64,000 nucleotides of DNA from Pseudogracilibacillus sp. (GTDB taxonomy: Bacteria > Bacillota > Bacilli > Bacillales > Amphibacillaceae): NCBI GenBank assembly GCA_026169505.1, contig JAPFCO010000118.1:1468-65467 (forward strand), in the 5' to 3' direction. Positions 29,225 through 39,963 of this stretch are shown here, piece after piece. How positions within the stretch are numbered: the first letter of the stretch is position 1; every line of letters begins with the position of its first letter. The translations under genes and the position numbers were made by a program. Under the pieces are notes generated by a model, which saw only the letters and a program-made list of their open reading frames with translations, did no database searches and was not told where the DNA came from.

Positions 29225-29998
29225 TTATTCCCAAACTAAATCGCCTGTTATATAAAAAATATGTTTTTCACCTATATAATAAGCTTGACGATATTCCGTT
29301 GGTTGTAAATTAGGTAAAAGAAAAACAGAAGAAACTTTCATTAATGATGCTGCTTCATTTAAATTGAAGACTTCTTCAGTTTCTCTATTAGAAGTAATTG
29401 CCTCCATGCTATACTTAACTTTATTAGGCTTTTCTCCATGGAAGGAATGATATAAGTCTATACTGGAAAACAAAATTGAATTAGATTCCATTTCTCTGGC
29501 GATTTGAACTAGATCGTTTCCAATATTCTCTGGAAAATAAGACTTATAAATCACAATTGGTTCATTATTTGAATACCCTATCAGTTTCATATAACATAAA
29601 ACTTCACCTACTTCAACAGAAAGAATACTTGCTAATTCCATGTCTGCGGGTAGCCATTCTATTGAAACAAGTTCTGATTTACCATCTACACTGTATGTTT
29701 TTAATAAATCTTCTAACCTTAAAACTTCATTCATTGACTGCCCAAACTTTACAGGCTCTTTTTTAGCCACAAACGTTCCTCTTCCATGTTGATTATATAA
29801 ATAACCCTCCTTAACAGCTTCATCTATGGCTCGTCGAATTGTTATTCTACTTACATTAAATTTTTCGCATAACTTACGTTCGGATGGAATTTTTTGACCT
29901 GGTTTTAAGATGTCTTTAGCGATATTAGAAATAATATACTCCTTTATTTGAGCATATAACGGTTTTTGGCTATTATGCTTTAGTTTCATTATTGTCAT
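29225..29998 (-). CDS. GntR/HutC-family regulator with UTRA domain
   Basis: PLYAQIK...PSERKLCEKFNVSRITIRRA...GRGTFV. Confidence 0.9.
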   Translation of the reverse strand: MTIMKLKHNSQKPLYAQIKEYIISNIAKDILKPGQKIPSERKLCEKFNVSRITIRRAIDEAVKEGYLYNQHGRGTFVAKKEPVKFGQSMNEVLRLEDLLKTYSVDGKSELVSIEWLPADMELASILSVEVGEVLCYMKLIGYSNNEPIVIYKSYFPENIGNDLVQIAREMESNSILFSSIDLYHSFHGEKPNKVKYSMEAITSNRETEEVFNLNEAASLMKVSSVFLLPNLQPTEYRQAYYIGEKHIFYITGDLVWE

Positions 29999-30121
29999 CC
30001 TTTCAAGAGCGCGTTCAAATAGCCCTTAATTTTCTTCAAAAATGAAAATACACCTTTAGCGAATTATGGTGAAGTGGAAGTGATAAAACAACCAAAATAC
30101 CAATTTGCGAGGTGCATTTTC

Positions 30122-30430
30122 ATGGACTTACAATTAGAAATAGTCCCTTTTTGTTATTATAACACACTCGGTTTCGATGTGGCATTAATAGATTACATTA
30201 ATCGTGCAGATGATACAATTAAATTAAAAATACTTTACAAGGAGAGGGGACGACCACTCCAAGCAACCTGTGATAAACAATTCGAATTCTTATTTGAAGA
30301 AAATTCGTTTTTCTATGATCCTGTTTCACAAGGTTCTAAACTGCAATATGAAATGTTTCGTATTCGTAAGCAAGCAGAACTGGCTTTTGCTCATGCATAT
30401 AATCAAATTAGATTCTGTTATGCGTCATAA
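30122..30430 (+). CDS. Hypothetical protein (about 102 aa)
   Basis: ORF 30074-30430; RBS GAGGTG 7 nt before ATG 30122; no family recognised. Confidence 0.5.
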   Translation: MDLQLEIVPFCYYNTLGFDVALIDYINRADDTIKLKILYKERGRPLQATCDKQFEFLFEENSFFYDPVSQGSKLQYEMFRIRKQAELAFAHAYNQIRFCYAS

Positions 30431-30848
30431 AAAAGGCCTGTTAGAACAACAGAAAAGGTGCAATTCCTTTTTCATATCATGCGGGATACATTTCGACTGA
30501 TTCAACGAGTAATTAAGCATGTAAGGATAACGATTCCGCTAAAGACTATGTTGAAAAAACAAAGGAATTACCGATGTAACAAGTTGAACAGATACCATTA
30601 TTCTTAGTTGTCTAAGTTTACTTAATAGCCTGGTAAAAAAACATTTACATATAAGAAAAAAGTCCGCCCCTTTTTTTAGGAATCATCTCATTGAATATTT
30701 AGTTTATTAGGTTGTTCACAAATAAGTTTACTTTTATTTTCAATTATGGAGACGTGGACAGGACTGTTAAACTGAAATTTTAATTTAGAGAGGACTTTTT
30801 GAATAACCTCTTCAACAATAAAAGGAAAATTAATATTTAAGTCAATTA

Positions 30849-31571
30849 TTATAAAACCTTGTCTAAGAAAGCTTTTGTTCTTTCTTCTTTAGGATTGTTA
30901 AATAGGTTTTGTGGTATATCCTCCTCAATAATTCTTCCCTCATCCATAAAAATAATCCTTGTTCCTACCTCTTTTGCAAAACCCATTTCATGAGTAACAA
31001 TAACCATTGTCATACCATCATTGGCTAATTGACGAATGACGTGAAGAACTTCGCCGACGGTTTCGGGATCAAGAGATGATGTAGGTTCATCGAATAACAT
31101 AAGTTCTGGTTCCATTGCAAGAGCACGAGCTATAGCAACCCGTTGTTGTTGGCCTCCAGAGAGGGAACTAGGATAAACATCTGCCTTCTCTAAAAGATTT
31201 ACTTTGCTTAGTAAATCTCGCCCTTTTTCGATAGCATCTTTCTTAGTCATACCCTTTACATTCGTTGGCGCCATTATAAGGTTCTGAATGATATTACGAT
31301 GAGGAAAAAGATTAAACTGTTGAAAAACCATTCCCATTTCCGCACGGAGTTTACTTAAATTATATTTATGGTCATATAAACTTTTCCCTTGAAATAATAT
31401 TTCTCCCTCTGTTTTTTCTTCCAAACGATTTAAACATCGTAAAAAAGTACTTTTTCCAGAACCCGATGGACCAATGACTACTACTACCTCTCCTTTGTTA
31501 ATCGTATTATTGATACCTTTAAGGACTTTAGTCTTCCCAAAGTCTTTTTTTAAATTTTTAATTTCTAACAT
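30849..31571 (-). CDS. Polar amino-acid ABC ATPase (GlnQ-like)
   Basis: [18 protein letters not shown] and FDEPTS. Confidence 0.93.
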   Translation of the reverse strand: MLEIKNLKKDFGKTKVLKGINNTINKGEVVVVIGPSGSGKSTFLRCLNRLEEKTEGEILFQGKSLYDHKYNLSKLRAEMGMVFQQFNLFPHRNIIQNLIMAPTNVKGMTKKDAIEKGRDLLSKVNLLEKADVYPSSLSGGQQQRVAIARALAMEPELMLFDEPTSSLDPETVGEVLHVIRQLANDGMTMVIVTHEMGFAKEVGTRIIFMDEGRIIEEDIPQNLFNNPKEERTKAFLDKVL

Positions 31572-31737
31572 AAACTATTCTCCTTACATAATATATTAAT
31601 GTTAAGAATAAATACTTACTTTTATTGCAAAATTCATGTGAGATTTCTCAGTCAACACTTAAATATTAATTGTGTTTGGCACATTCAATCGTATAAAAGG
31701 AGGTTTTCTTTTTATTTTAAATTTATTTTTTATTAAG

Positions 31738-32370
31738 TTATGAAAAAGAATACTTCTTTTCATAATAACTTCCAATTCTTGTTATAGCATAACAAAGAAT
31801 AAAATAAAAAATTAATGTAATGCCAAAAACCTCTAACGGGGCAAATGTTCTTACAGCTGTTTGTTGCGCTGCTTTTGTCATTTCAAACAACCCTACAATC
31901 GAAGCATATGAAGTACCCTTAACAAGCGTTACCCAATTATTAACAAGTGGAGGTATAGCAAGTTTCAATGATTGAGGTAAAATTATTTGTCTAATTGCCG
32001 TAATCTTAGACAGCCCTAAGGCTAACCCCGCCTCCATTTGCCCACGCGGTAAAGCTAGGATTGCTCCTCTTACAGATTCAATATTATATGTAGTAAAATA
32101 TGTCGATAACCCAATTATCACTGCTTCAGCAATTCCTATACTGATTCCTATAGTAGGTAAAAAATAGTAAATAAGAAATAGATGAATTAAAACAGGTATT
32201 GCACGAACAATAACTACTACCGTATATATAATTCTTTTAATATATTTAGGACCTAAGGCTCCTAATATTCCAAAAACAAACCCAAATATTGTTGATAAAA
32301 TTATTGAAATTACTGCATATTGGATTGTAAATAATGCTCCTTCAAGTAAATAAGGAATATAACTAGCCAT
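31738..32370 (-). CDS. Polar amino-acid ABC permease
   Basis: GQMEAGLALG EAA-type motif; ILPQ. Confidence 0.9.
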   Translation of the reverse strand: MASYIPYLLEGALFTIQYAVISIILSTIFGFVFGILGALGPKYIKRIIYTVVVIVRAIPVLIHLFLIYYFLPTIGISIGIAEAVIIGLSTYFTTYNIESVRGAILALPRGQMEAGLALGLSKITAIRQIILPQSLKLAIPPLVNNWVTLVKGTSYASIVGLFEMTKAAQQTAVRTFAPLEVFGITLIFYFILCYAITRIGSYYEKKYSFS

Positions 32371-32397
32371 GATATAATTAACTCCTTCCTATTTAAA

Positions 32398-33051
32398 TTA
32401 ATTTTGCCTTTTTTCGAACCTTTTCATTATGACTGAAATAGTCAGATTAATTACCAAATATATGATGGCAATTCCTAGAAATATAACAAAGCTATTAGTT
32501 GTTCGTTCAGCAATAACTTTTCCTGTCAGAGTTACTTCCATAACACTTATGCCAGACGCTAAGGTAGTATCTTTAACTAACAAAATTACTTGATTAGAGA
32601 GAGGAGGAATCACATTCCGTATAGCTTGAGGGAATATTACTAATTTCATAGACTGTACGTCTGTCATTCCCAAAGCCATTGAAGCATCTAGATTGCCTAC
32701 AGGAACTGATTTTATTCCCGCCTTATATAACTCTGATACAAATGCACCATGTTGTAAAGTAAGGGCTAAAAGCGCACTTCCAAATGCACCAATAGGTATA
32801 TCAAGATAACCAGAACCAAAATAAATAAACAGCATTTGAACTAGTAAAGGTGTATTACGCATAAATTCAAAATATACTTCACCTACATAGCGGAGATATT
32901 TGTATTCTCTGACTAGATAAACCAAAAACCCCCATATCAGAGAAAATATAATTCCGAAAAAACACAGCCAAATTGTTGTAACTGAGCCAACAAGTAAATC
33001 AGGAAAGTATTCTATTAAAGTATTAATAATCCCCATTATATCCAACCCCAA
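32398..33051 (-). CDS. Polar amino-acid ABC permease
   Basis: RNTPLLVQ; IFPQAIR. Confidence 0.9.
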   Translation of the reverse strand: MGLDIMGIINTLIEYFPDLLVGSVTTIWLCFFGIIFSLIWGFLVYLVREYKYLRYVGEVYFEFMRNTPLLVQMLFIYFGSGYLDIPIGAFGSALLALTLQHGAFVSELYKAGIKSVPVGNLDASMALGMTDVQSMKLVIFPQAIRNVIPPLSNQVILLVKDTTLASGISVMEVTLTGKVIAERTTNSFVIFLGIAIIYLVINLTISVIMKRFEKRQN

Positions 33052-33130
33052 AACTTTTTTTTAATGCTAGATAATATATGTTACATAACATAGTAGTTAA
33101 GATGTTTTTTATACCTTACAAAATACTCTG

Positions 33131-33155
33131 TCCCCGAATAATAAGTATTCGGGGA
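33131..33155 (-). terminator. Hairpin downstream of the SBP gene
   Basis: TCCCCGAATA-ataag-TATTCGGGGA. Confidence 0.55.
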
Positions 33156-33178
33156 TTTAAAGTATTTAATTAAGATGT

Positions 33179-34003
33179 TTACTGTTCCGGTGGGGACTCA
33201 CCGAACCATTTTTCATAAATTTCTTCATAATCACTTCGAAGATCCCCACTCAACATTTCATTAACTATAGAATCTAGAAACAACCATGTTTCAAAATCAT
33301 TTTCTTTTAAAAATATTGCATTATTAGTTGAATCTCCAATAAGTTCTGGTAATACCTCTAAACTTTCATCCTCTTTAGCGGCGATTTGTGCTGCTGGTAA
33401 ATCTATAGCTGCTACATCAGTATTACCTGACTGTAGAGCAGATATTTGTGATGATGTAGATTCAAATACCTGGGCTTTTGCTTCAGGATAAAAGTTTTTA
33501 TGACGATCTTGATCAGTCGGAATTGATAAAATAGCAACTGTCACATCTGGATAATTTAAATCTTCTATAGAATCAATATCTGAATCTTTCTTTACTAAGA
33601 CTGCGTTTCCTGAGCTAATATAAGGACGAGTAAAAGAAGCATTTAAAAGACGTTCAGGATAAATTGAAGTTACCATAATCCCGAAATCAACTTGGCCATT
33701 TTTGACAGCTTCCCATCTACCATCAAAAGAAGTATCAATCAATTCAATTTCACTATCTTCTCCAAATGTTGATTCATTAATTAATTTTGCTATATCTAAA
33801 TCAAACCCTACATGATTATTATCCTCATCTATATAACCGAATGGTGGTGATTCACTTGTTACTGCTACTTTAAAATGACCCCTGTTTTTCGCTTCATTTA
33901 ACGTTGAGTTTGTTGAGTCACTTGATGTTTGACTACTACATCCAATTAACATTATTATACTTAGTGTTAGTAGAGTTCCTAAAGTAAAACCTTTACTTTT
34001 CAT
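33179..34003 (-). CDS. Family 3 amino-acid ABC substrate-binding lipoprotein
   Basis: Lipobox LIGC; PPFGY, GFDLDIA, PERL..ASFT.PY. Confidence 0.9.
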   Translation of the reverse strand: MKSKGFTLGTLLTLSIIMLIGCSSQTSSDSTNSTLNEAKNRGHFKVAVTSESPPFGYIDEDNNHVGFDLDIAKLINESTFGEDSEIELIDTSFDGRWEAVKNGQVDFGIMVTSIYPERLLNASFTRPYISSGNAVLVKKDSDIDSIEDLNYPDVTVAILSIPTDQDRHKNFYPEAKAQVFESTSSQISALQSGNTDVAAIDLPAAQIAAKEDESLEVLPELIGDSTNNAIFLKENDFETWLFLDSIVNEMLSGDLRSDYEEIYEKWFGESPPEQ

Positions 34004-34255
34004 ATAAGTAATTGCCTCCTTTATTTATTATACACTTTAAATGAAACCCTTATGAAAGCCCTTACAAAAGTATGATTATACTTAAATTAGATACTTATCT
34101 TTATATGAACAATCAATTCATTTAAAGTGAATTTTGCATATAATTCGTTTATTTAATTCAAGAATTAAATAAACGAATATAAATTTACTAAACTAAAAAA
34201 CAATCTCTTATAAAATATAATTTGCTTTCTAGTTAAATTTATCTTAATCTATTTT

Positions 34256-34675
34256 TTAAGTGTTTGGAGTAAATACTGGTATTAATATATCATCATTAAC
34301 TGGATAACCTTTCACTTGAAGCTTTATTCCTATTTCAAGGTCTGATGCTTGACAATCAACAATCCGGCTTATCATAATTGGACCTTCTTTTAATTTGACA
34401 GCTGCTAAAAATATAGGCACCTCATTTAACAATGATTTGTGTTGAGGACGATGCACTTCAGCAAAGGTATAAAGCTCCGCCTCACCTGATACTTCCCTCC
34501 ACTTTATATAACTTTTACTTAAACAACTAGGACAAATATTCCGAGGATAAACTATATACTTTTGACAAGCATCACAATATTGAATGACAAGCTTATTTTC
34601 CTTAGCAGCATCAAAGTATGTTTGATTAAATTCATTTATTTCTGGAATAGGTTTTACATTCATTAAAATTCTCAC
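34256..34675 (-). CDS. DUF35 Zn-ribbon/OB-fold protein
   Basis: CDAC...CPSC, W..VSG.AELYTF, V.L.EGP; overlaps the thiolase stop. Confidence 0.9.
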   Translation of the reverse strand: MRILMNVKPIPEINEFNQTYFDAAKENKLVIQYCDACQKYIVYPRNICPSCLSKSYIKWREVSGEAELYTFAEVHRPQHKSLLNEVPIFLAAVKLKEGPIMISRIVDCQASDLEIGIKLQVKGYPVNDDILIPVFTPNT

Positions 34676-35826
34676 CCTTCATTAGATAATATTACAGCAG
34701 ACGAAGATAAACCATGTCCATAAGTTACCATTCCAAAACCAGAAACTAATGCAATATTAGGATTAGATACTTGTCTATCTTCACCCTCTATTCTAAGCTG
34801 GCGAACAGCTTCTACTAAACCAATAATGCCTCCTCCAGCACCACATTGACCAGCAGACAATTGCCCTCCTCCGGTATTTAATGGCAAATCTCCATCTAAA
34901 CTAAAACTATGTTCTTCAATAAATTTACCACCCTCCCCTTTCTCACAAAATCCAAGATCCTCTAATTGGATAAGCTCCATAATTGGATAATCATCATATA
35001 GTTGTATTAAATCAATATCGCTATGATTTATGTTTGCCCGAGAAAAAAGCTGCTCACTAAAATCTCTCCATCCATATGATAAATTAATTACATCCTCTGT
35101 ATAATAATTATGTCGTTGCCCCCCCGAAAGTATCCTAACAGGTTTTTTTACATGGGCGGCCTTCTTTTCTGAGGTCACAACAACTGCTCCACCACCTCCG
35201 CAAGGAAGTACACAATCATAAAGTCTAATTGGATCAGCAATAATACGGGCATTAAGATAATCTTCTAACGATAAAGGTGACCTAAGCAATGCATTAGGAT
35301 TAAGTGATGCATGCTCCCTTTGTGTAACAGCAAGTTTACCAAGCTGTTCTTTTTTCGTTCCGTATTCATAGGCATGTCTTCTTTCAACTAAACCAAACAC
35401 ACCATTTGGCCCACCATATCCATAAGGTGACATATAATCACGTATTGTTGCATTAAATTTTCCCATTAAATCCATGTGACTATCAACCCCAAATGAGTCG
35501 GCCGCTACACAAACAATAACCTCTGCATCACCTGCTTGAATTGCCCTAGTAGCATTCATAATACTGATGACTGGTGAAGCACCTCCATATACACCTTGAA
35601 AAGCCCATTTTAAATTTAACCCCATATGTTCTGCAACAGTTGTTACATTATCCGGTGGTAGTTGAAATGAAGTAATAGCTAAACCATCAACATCACTTGG
35701 TTTTAATTCGGCTGAATCTAATGCCTTTTTAACAGAGTCATAAATATAATCTAAGGCTGATAGATTACTATTCTTATGATATTCTGTTTCTCCATAACCC
35801 GCTATAATAGAACCTTCAAAATTCAT
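34672..35826 (-). CDS. SCP2/Ltp2-type thiolase-fold protein
   Basis: LRLYDC-like IRLYDC, EDLGFC.KGEGG, LPLNTGGGQLS.G, EAVRQL. Confidence 0.88.
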   Translation of the reverse strand: MNFEGSIIAGYGETEYHKNSNLSALDYIYDSVKKALDSAELKPSDVDGLAITSFQLPPDNVTTVAEHMGLNLKWAFQGVYGGASPVISIMNATRAIQAGDAEVIVCVAADSFGVDSHMDLMGKFNATIRDYMSPYGYGGPNGVFGLVERRHAYEYGTKKEQLGKLAVTQREHASLNPNALLRSPLSLEDYLNARIIADPIRLYDCVLPCGGGGAVVVTSEKKAAHVKKPVRILSGGQRHNYYTEDVINLSYGWRDFSEQLFSRANINHSDIDLIQLYDDYPIMELIQLEDLGFCEKGEGGKFIEEHSFSLDGDLPLNTGGGQLSAGQCGAGGGIIGLVEAVRQLRIEGEDRQVSNPNIALVSGFGMVTYGHGLSSSAVILSNEG

Positions 35827-35841
35827 AATTATTCCTCCATA

Positions 35842-37047
35842 TTAAATAATTTTATTTTTTATTAAATACTTGTACTTTTCTTCACTAATTCCTAAGTCAG
35901 TACAAAAAACATCCTTATTATTTGCACCCTTTTCTAACCCTAAATGGCTAACCTTTCCCGGTGCCCTAGAGAATTTGGGAACTACATTTTGAACTTTTGC
36001 TTTTCCGATAGTATTATCCATAACTGTGATAATATTTTCTCTAAATTTAAAGTGTTCATTTTCGAAAATCATTTTTATGTCATTAATTGGTCCTGCAACT
36101 ACACCATGATAATCAAAAACATCCATAATATCATCCAATTTTCTTTTTGAAATCCAATTTTCAATAATAGTATCCAATTGTTCAACATTTTTAACTCTTT
36201 CAGGGTTTTTAACAAATCTTTCATCATATATCAATTCTGGCTTTTCAATAGCTATGGATAAACGTTTAAATGTCGCGTCTGAGCTAGCTGATATGGTAAC
36301 CCAATAGTCATCAATCGTCTGATACGTGTTACGTGGTGCAGCCTCTTCCATTCTATTTCCATTTCGAGTTTTAACAACCCCTAATTGATCATATCCGATG
36401 ACCAAAGGGTCTACTAATCTAAACATCGCTTCATACAAACTTAGATCAATAACCTCTCCTAAACCATTACCCTTATGTTCTTTATTATAAATGGCGTACA
36501 TGATTGAAGAAGTTCCAAATAAAGATGTTACGACATCAGCCAATGGAAAACTTGACAAAGTTGGAGGGGAATCAGGAAAACCAGTAAAACTTGGAATTCC
36601 ACTTATTCCTTCTGCAATTGTACCGTAACCGGGTTTTTTACTATAGGGTCCATCTTGACCATATCCACTAATTCTTAATAAGACTAGACCTGGGTTTATT
36701 TTAGATAAAACATCGTAACCTAAATTCCACTTTTCTAATGTACCTGGTCTGAAATTTTCTATTACAACATCGGTATCTTTTATCATTTCTTTGAAAATAC
36801 TTTGCCCTTCTTCTTTCTTCAGATTTAAAGTAATAAGTTTTTTGTTTCTAGCTGTCATTTTCCACCATAAAGAAGTATCATTTTTCATTGGAGGCCATGA
36901 TCGCAAATCATCTCCCTTTTCTGGATGTTCAATTTTTATTACCTCAGCCCCAAACTCTGCTAAAAAGGTAGCTGTCATTGGACCAGCTATAGTAGTACCT
37001 ATATCTAATACTTTCAATCCAGATAAAGGACCAAAGTTATTTGTCAT
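35842..37047 (-). CDS. Family III (CaiB/BaiF) CoA-transferase
   Basis: GPLSGLKVLD, GAEVIKIE, RNKK, ENFRPG; Asp in PLADV. Confidence 0.92.
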   Translation of the reverse strand: MTNNFGPLSGLKVLDIGTTIAGPMTATFLAEFGAEVIKIEHPEKGDDLRSWPPMKNDTSLWWKMTARNKKLITLNLKKEEGQSIFKEMIKDTDVVIENFRPGTLEKWNLGYDVLSKINPGLVLLRISGYGQDGPYSKKPGYGTIAEGISGIPSFTGFPDSPPTLSSFPLADVVTSLFGTSSIMYAIYNKEHKGNGLGEVIDLSLYEAMFRLVDPLVIGYDQLGVVKTRNGNRMEEAAPRNTYQTIDDYWVTISASSDATFKRLSIAIEKPELIYDERFVKNPERVKNVEQLDTIIENWISKRKLDDIMDVFDYHGVVAGPINDIKMIFENEHFKFRENIITVMDNTIGKAKVQNVVPKFSRAPGKVSHLGLEKGANNKDVFCTDLGISEEKYKYLIKNKII

Positions 37048-37118
37048 ATATTGTCCTCCTTAATTTTATTGATTAATTCTTCACCTAAATCACTTTTCCT
37101 TCAGTAACAACTTACATT

Positions 37119-37181
37119 TTGTTATAACCAGTAATATAACGTTATAACAATTATTATATTGCTTAAGTATTCAGAAGTCAA
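37119..37181 (-). promoter_or_regulatory. Promoter and tandem GntR-type operators of module 4
   Basis: TTGACT-17 nt-TATAAT (37153-37181); GTTATAAC palindromes at 37121 and 37141. Confidence 0.7.
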
Positions 37182-37659
37182 TGCCTTTTCAGAATATTCG
37201 TTTTATAAAACATATTAAGTGGAGAAACAAGGTAAACTTTGCTAGAAAACAACAATGAGTATTGCGGACGGATTGAGCCAGCTGTGCTGAGCTTTGAACC
37301 ACCGTTTGCGGACAATAGACACAGTGAGTGCGTAAGAGAGAGCCACTTGGTTTTTAAAGGACAAAATAATAACGAGTCATTGGGATGGCAAATCCCAACA
37401 GCTCGTTATTTCATTTAAATCTTCTATCTTCTAACTGGTCTTTTAAAATTTCCAGTCCCCACGTACGGGTTCATCAAAGTCTAAATTCTCTTTTTCTGTG
37501 CATATACAGGGTGATAATAGTTTATCTACTATCTCCATCATCATTTCATCAGGTAAATAATTATGGAAAAAATACTTCGCTATGCGATTTTCAGCTTTTT
37601 CAGGAATCATTTCATTGCACCCAATCCATAACGTTCTCTTATTGAATCTTCACCATCCA

Positions 37660-38214
37660 CTAGCATTTTGTGGGAGTCGTGAACGATACAATAAATAAAT
37701 CAATCTTCTTATATTTTTGGATGAGCTTACGGAAACTATCATCGGTTTCATACTTTGCTACAGGTAATTCATCTAATAACTCTGGTAATCTGATATACTT
37801 TACTTTTTGAAGTTGCCGGCACGCATGAACTCCAAAGGCATTCGATATCCATTTCCTTTCGTTTCCTGATGCCCCCATCAATATAATATTAAGGTGATTT
37901 CGAATGTAGTTTCCTATTGCTAACTCTAGAATTAAGTTCTCATCTAGATTGCGATCAGGATGACATTCTATATCTTCAGTAGCTGCTGTCAGATCATTAA
38001 ATGTTGCTTGTTTAATTAGTCGTTCGAGTTTATTAGATTTACGACGATCATACTCATAATCTACCAAAAAGTTGAAACAATCATCAAAATCCATGCTTTG
38101 ATATGCGTTATTACCCCCTTGTTCCTGATATAATTCTGTCATTGCTCCCAAGAGGTTGTTCTGATTTATATTATTGGCTCTATCTTCCACAATGACTGGC
38201 TCAAAATTTCGCAC
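37660..38214 (-). pseudogene. istB: IS21-family IstB ATPase fragment
   Basis: LVD.EY.RR...KL.RLI.QA.F and N..L.G; Walker A degenerate (GASGNERK); truncated at Walker B. Confidence 0.8.
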
Positions 38215-38243
38215 AAGGGGCTATTTTTTCCGCAATAATCAAG

Positions 38244-38381
38244 TGTGATGTTAAAGAGAGTTAAAGTGGTATTTACCATGTTCCTGTCAGTACTTACTAC
38301 GATCGAATAACAAACGTAGTGCAAGGCTTTTCTTCAATAGAAGAAGCAGTGAATGCTGGATATAGAGCACCGAAACGATAA
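38244..38381 (+). pseudogene. C-terminal remnant of a small domain found on Bacillota secreted nucleases (GIYH.P...YY...[12 protein letters not shown])
   Basis: Hand translation [44 protein letters not shown]; internal stop, no start codon. Confidence 0.6.
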
Positions 38382-39048
38382 AGTCATTTAAAGTAACATA
38401 AAACCCAATTCCTGTTCGCACTAGCCTAACTTTCTATAATCTGTTTGTACCTTAATAGCAATTCGCTAAAATGTTATTAAATAATTATTTGAATGAATTA
38501 ACTATTTCAATAATCCATAGAAATGGTAAAGTAGTTCATAATAACTGAAATGATAGTGGTAAAAAATCTATCAATAGTGGTATATTTCATCGGCTGTCAT
38601 CACATGATTACGGCCATAGTAATGCACCACTTCTTCCATGTTTTACCAGCGATTACCGCAATACTTACCACCCGTTGCCAACGAGTTAACCAATGGGATA
38701 ACATCAAGAAAGTGCGAATTTACAACGTTAAGCATTTTGAACGATATAAATAGCCTAATCCCTCCGTATCTTGAACAAGGAATTAGGCTTATGATCCTCC
38801 AGAATCGCGTCCAATCGTGGAGTAATGACAAAAGCAAAATAACACCTTAGTTATTTTGCTAAAGCTTCTGTTGGCTATTCATGAAGTGTAAAAGTCAGCA
38901 TTTCACACAGAATATGACAGAATATGTTAGTTAATTACTTTCCTTCATGGTAATCTTGCTTGACCTTGTCCCATACCACTAGCTAATGTATATCATGTAA
39001 TAACTTATTGCGATTTTCTCCTTATACAATTTCCCATAACAAGTATGA

Positions 39049-39963
39049 TCAATTGCTAGCAAGTTGTATAATTTTATTGGTAAGTTCACTGTCAGATTCA
39101 GCAAGTGGAAACAGCTCATCGAAGTGATTGCACTCAGGTTGGGTCCAATACTCGCCAGGCAGCCCGGAAGCTTGCCATGCGGCGTAGAAGTCATCCGACT
39201 GACGTAAGAACTCGGAAGTCTGCTTCCCACCTCTTGTTACCAGTAGCGGTGGAGCAGATTTTGGCAAATTGAGAATCGGGCTATTACGCAAAATCTGATC
39301 CCAAGTAAGCTGAAGGGACGGCTGCACAAATGTGTGCGGTAAAGGCTGTAGGTCGAATAGTCCACTTATAGCACATGCACCTTGAACTATATCCGCTGGT
39401 AATCCGTAGTCATTCTCCCAATCGGTTGCTAGCACCATTGCGACTCCATGAGCACCCGCCGAGTGGCCTGTAACAATCAATTGTTTTGGGTCTGCTCCGA
39501 ATTCTTCCGCATGATTATACGCCCAAGTAATAGCTGCACGATGCTGGCGAACAATTTCATCCATTGTGACACTAGGTGTTAAAGCGTATGTAGGGATTAT
39601 AACAGTAGCCCCTCGGGAAACAAGGCCCCGTGCGACGAAACTAAATTCTTTGCTTGTAGCCATTCTCCAATAACCACCGTGGATAAACACCACTACTGGA
39701 CCACCTGGTTCTCCATGAAAAACATCGAGTTTTTCAGCTATTGTGGGCCCATATGCAATGTCTAGTGTGCAGTCAAGTTCCTCTCGAGTACTAGCGCTAT
39801 CGCTAACGAACCGGTTCATTATGGATTCGAAATCCGATACGCTTGCATCGATATCGTACTCTTGATCAAGCTCTTCCAGTGATTTGAATACTCTTCCTCC
39901 TGGTGTTTGATAAAGCGTACGCGTGTTAACTCCAGTATATATATTATCTTTGTTTGAGCTCAT
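39049..39963 (-). CDS. Alpha/beta hydrolase (arylformamidase/HSL-like)
   Basis: FIHGGYW, GHSAG and NHF motifs. Confidence 0.88.
   Translation of the reverse strand: MSSNKDNIYTGVNTRTLYQTPGGRVFKSLEELDQEYDIDASVSDFESIMNRFVSDSASTREELDCTLDIAYGPTIAEKLDVFHGEPGGPVVVFIHGGYWRMATSKEFSFVARGLVSRGATVIIPTYALTPSVTMDEIVRQHRAAITWAYNHAEEFGADPKQLIVTGHSAGAHGVAMVLATDWENDYGLPADIVQGACAISGLFDLQPLPHTFVQPSLQLTWDQILRNSPILNLPKSAPPLLVTRGGKQTSEFLRQSDDFYAAWQASGLPGEYWTQPECNHFDELFPLAESDSELTNKIIQLASN

Noticed and set aside
37455-37475. CCACGTACGGGTTC resembling group II intron domain V
   Set aside because: The 5' arm of domain V and domain VI are absent, and there is no RT gene
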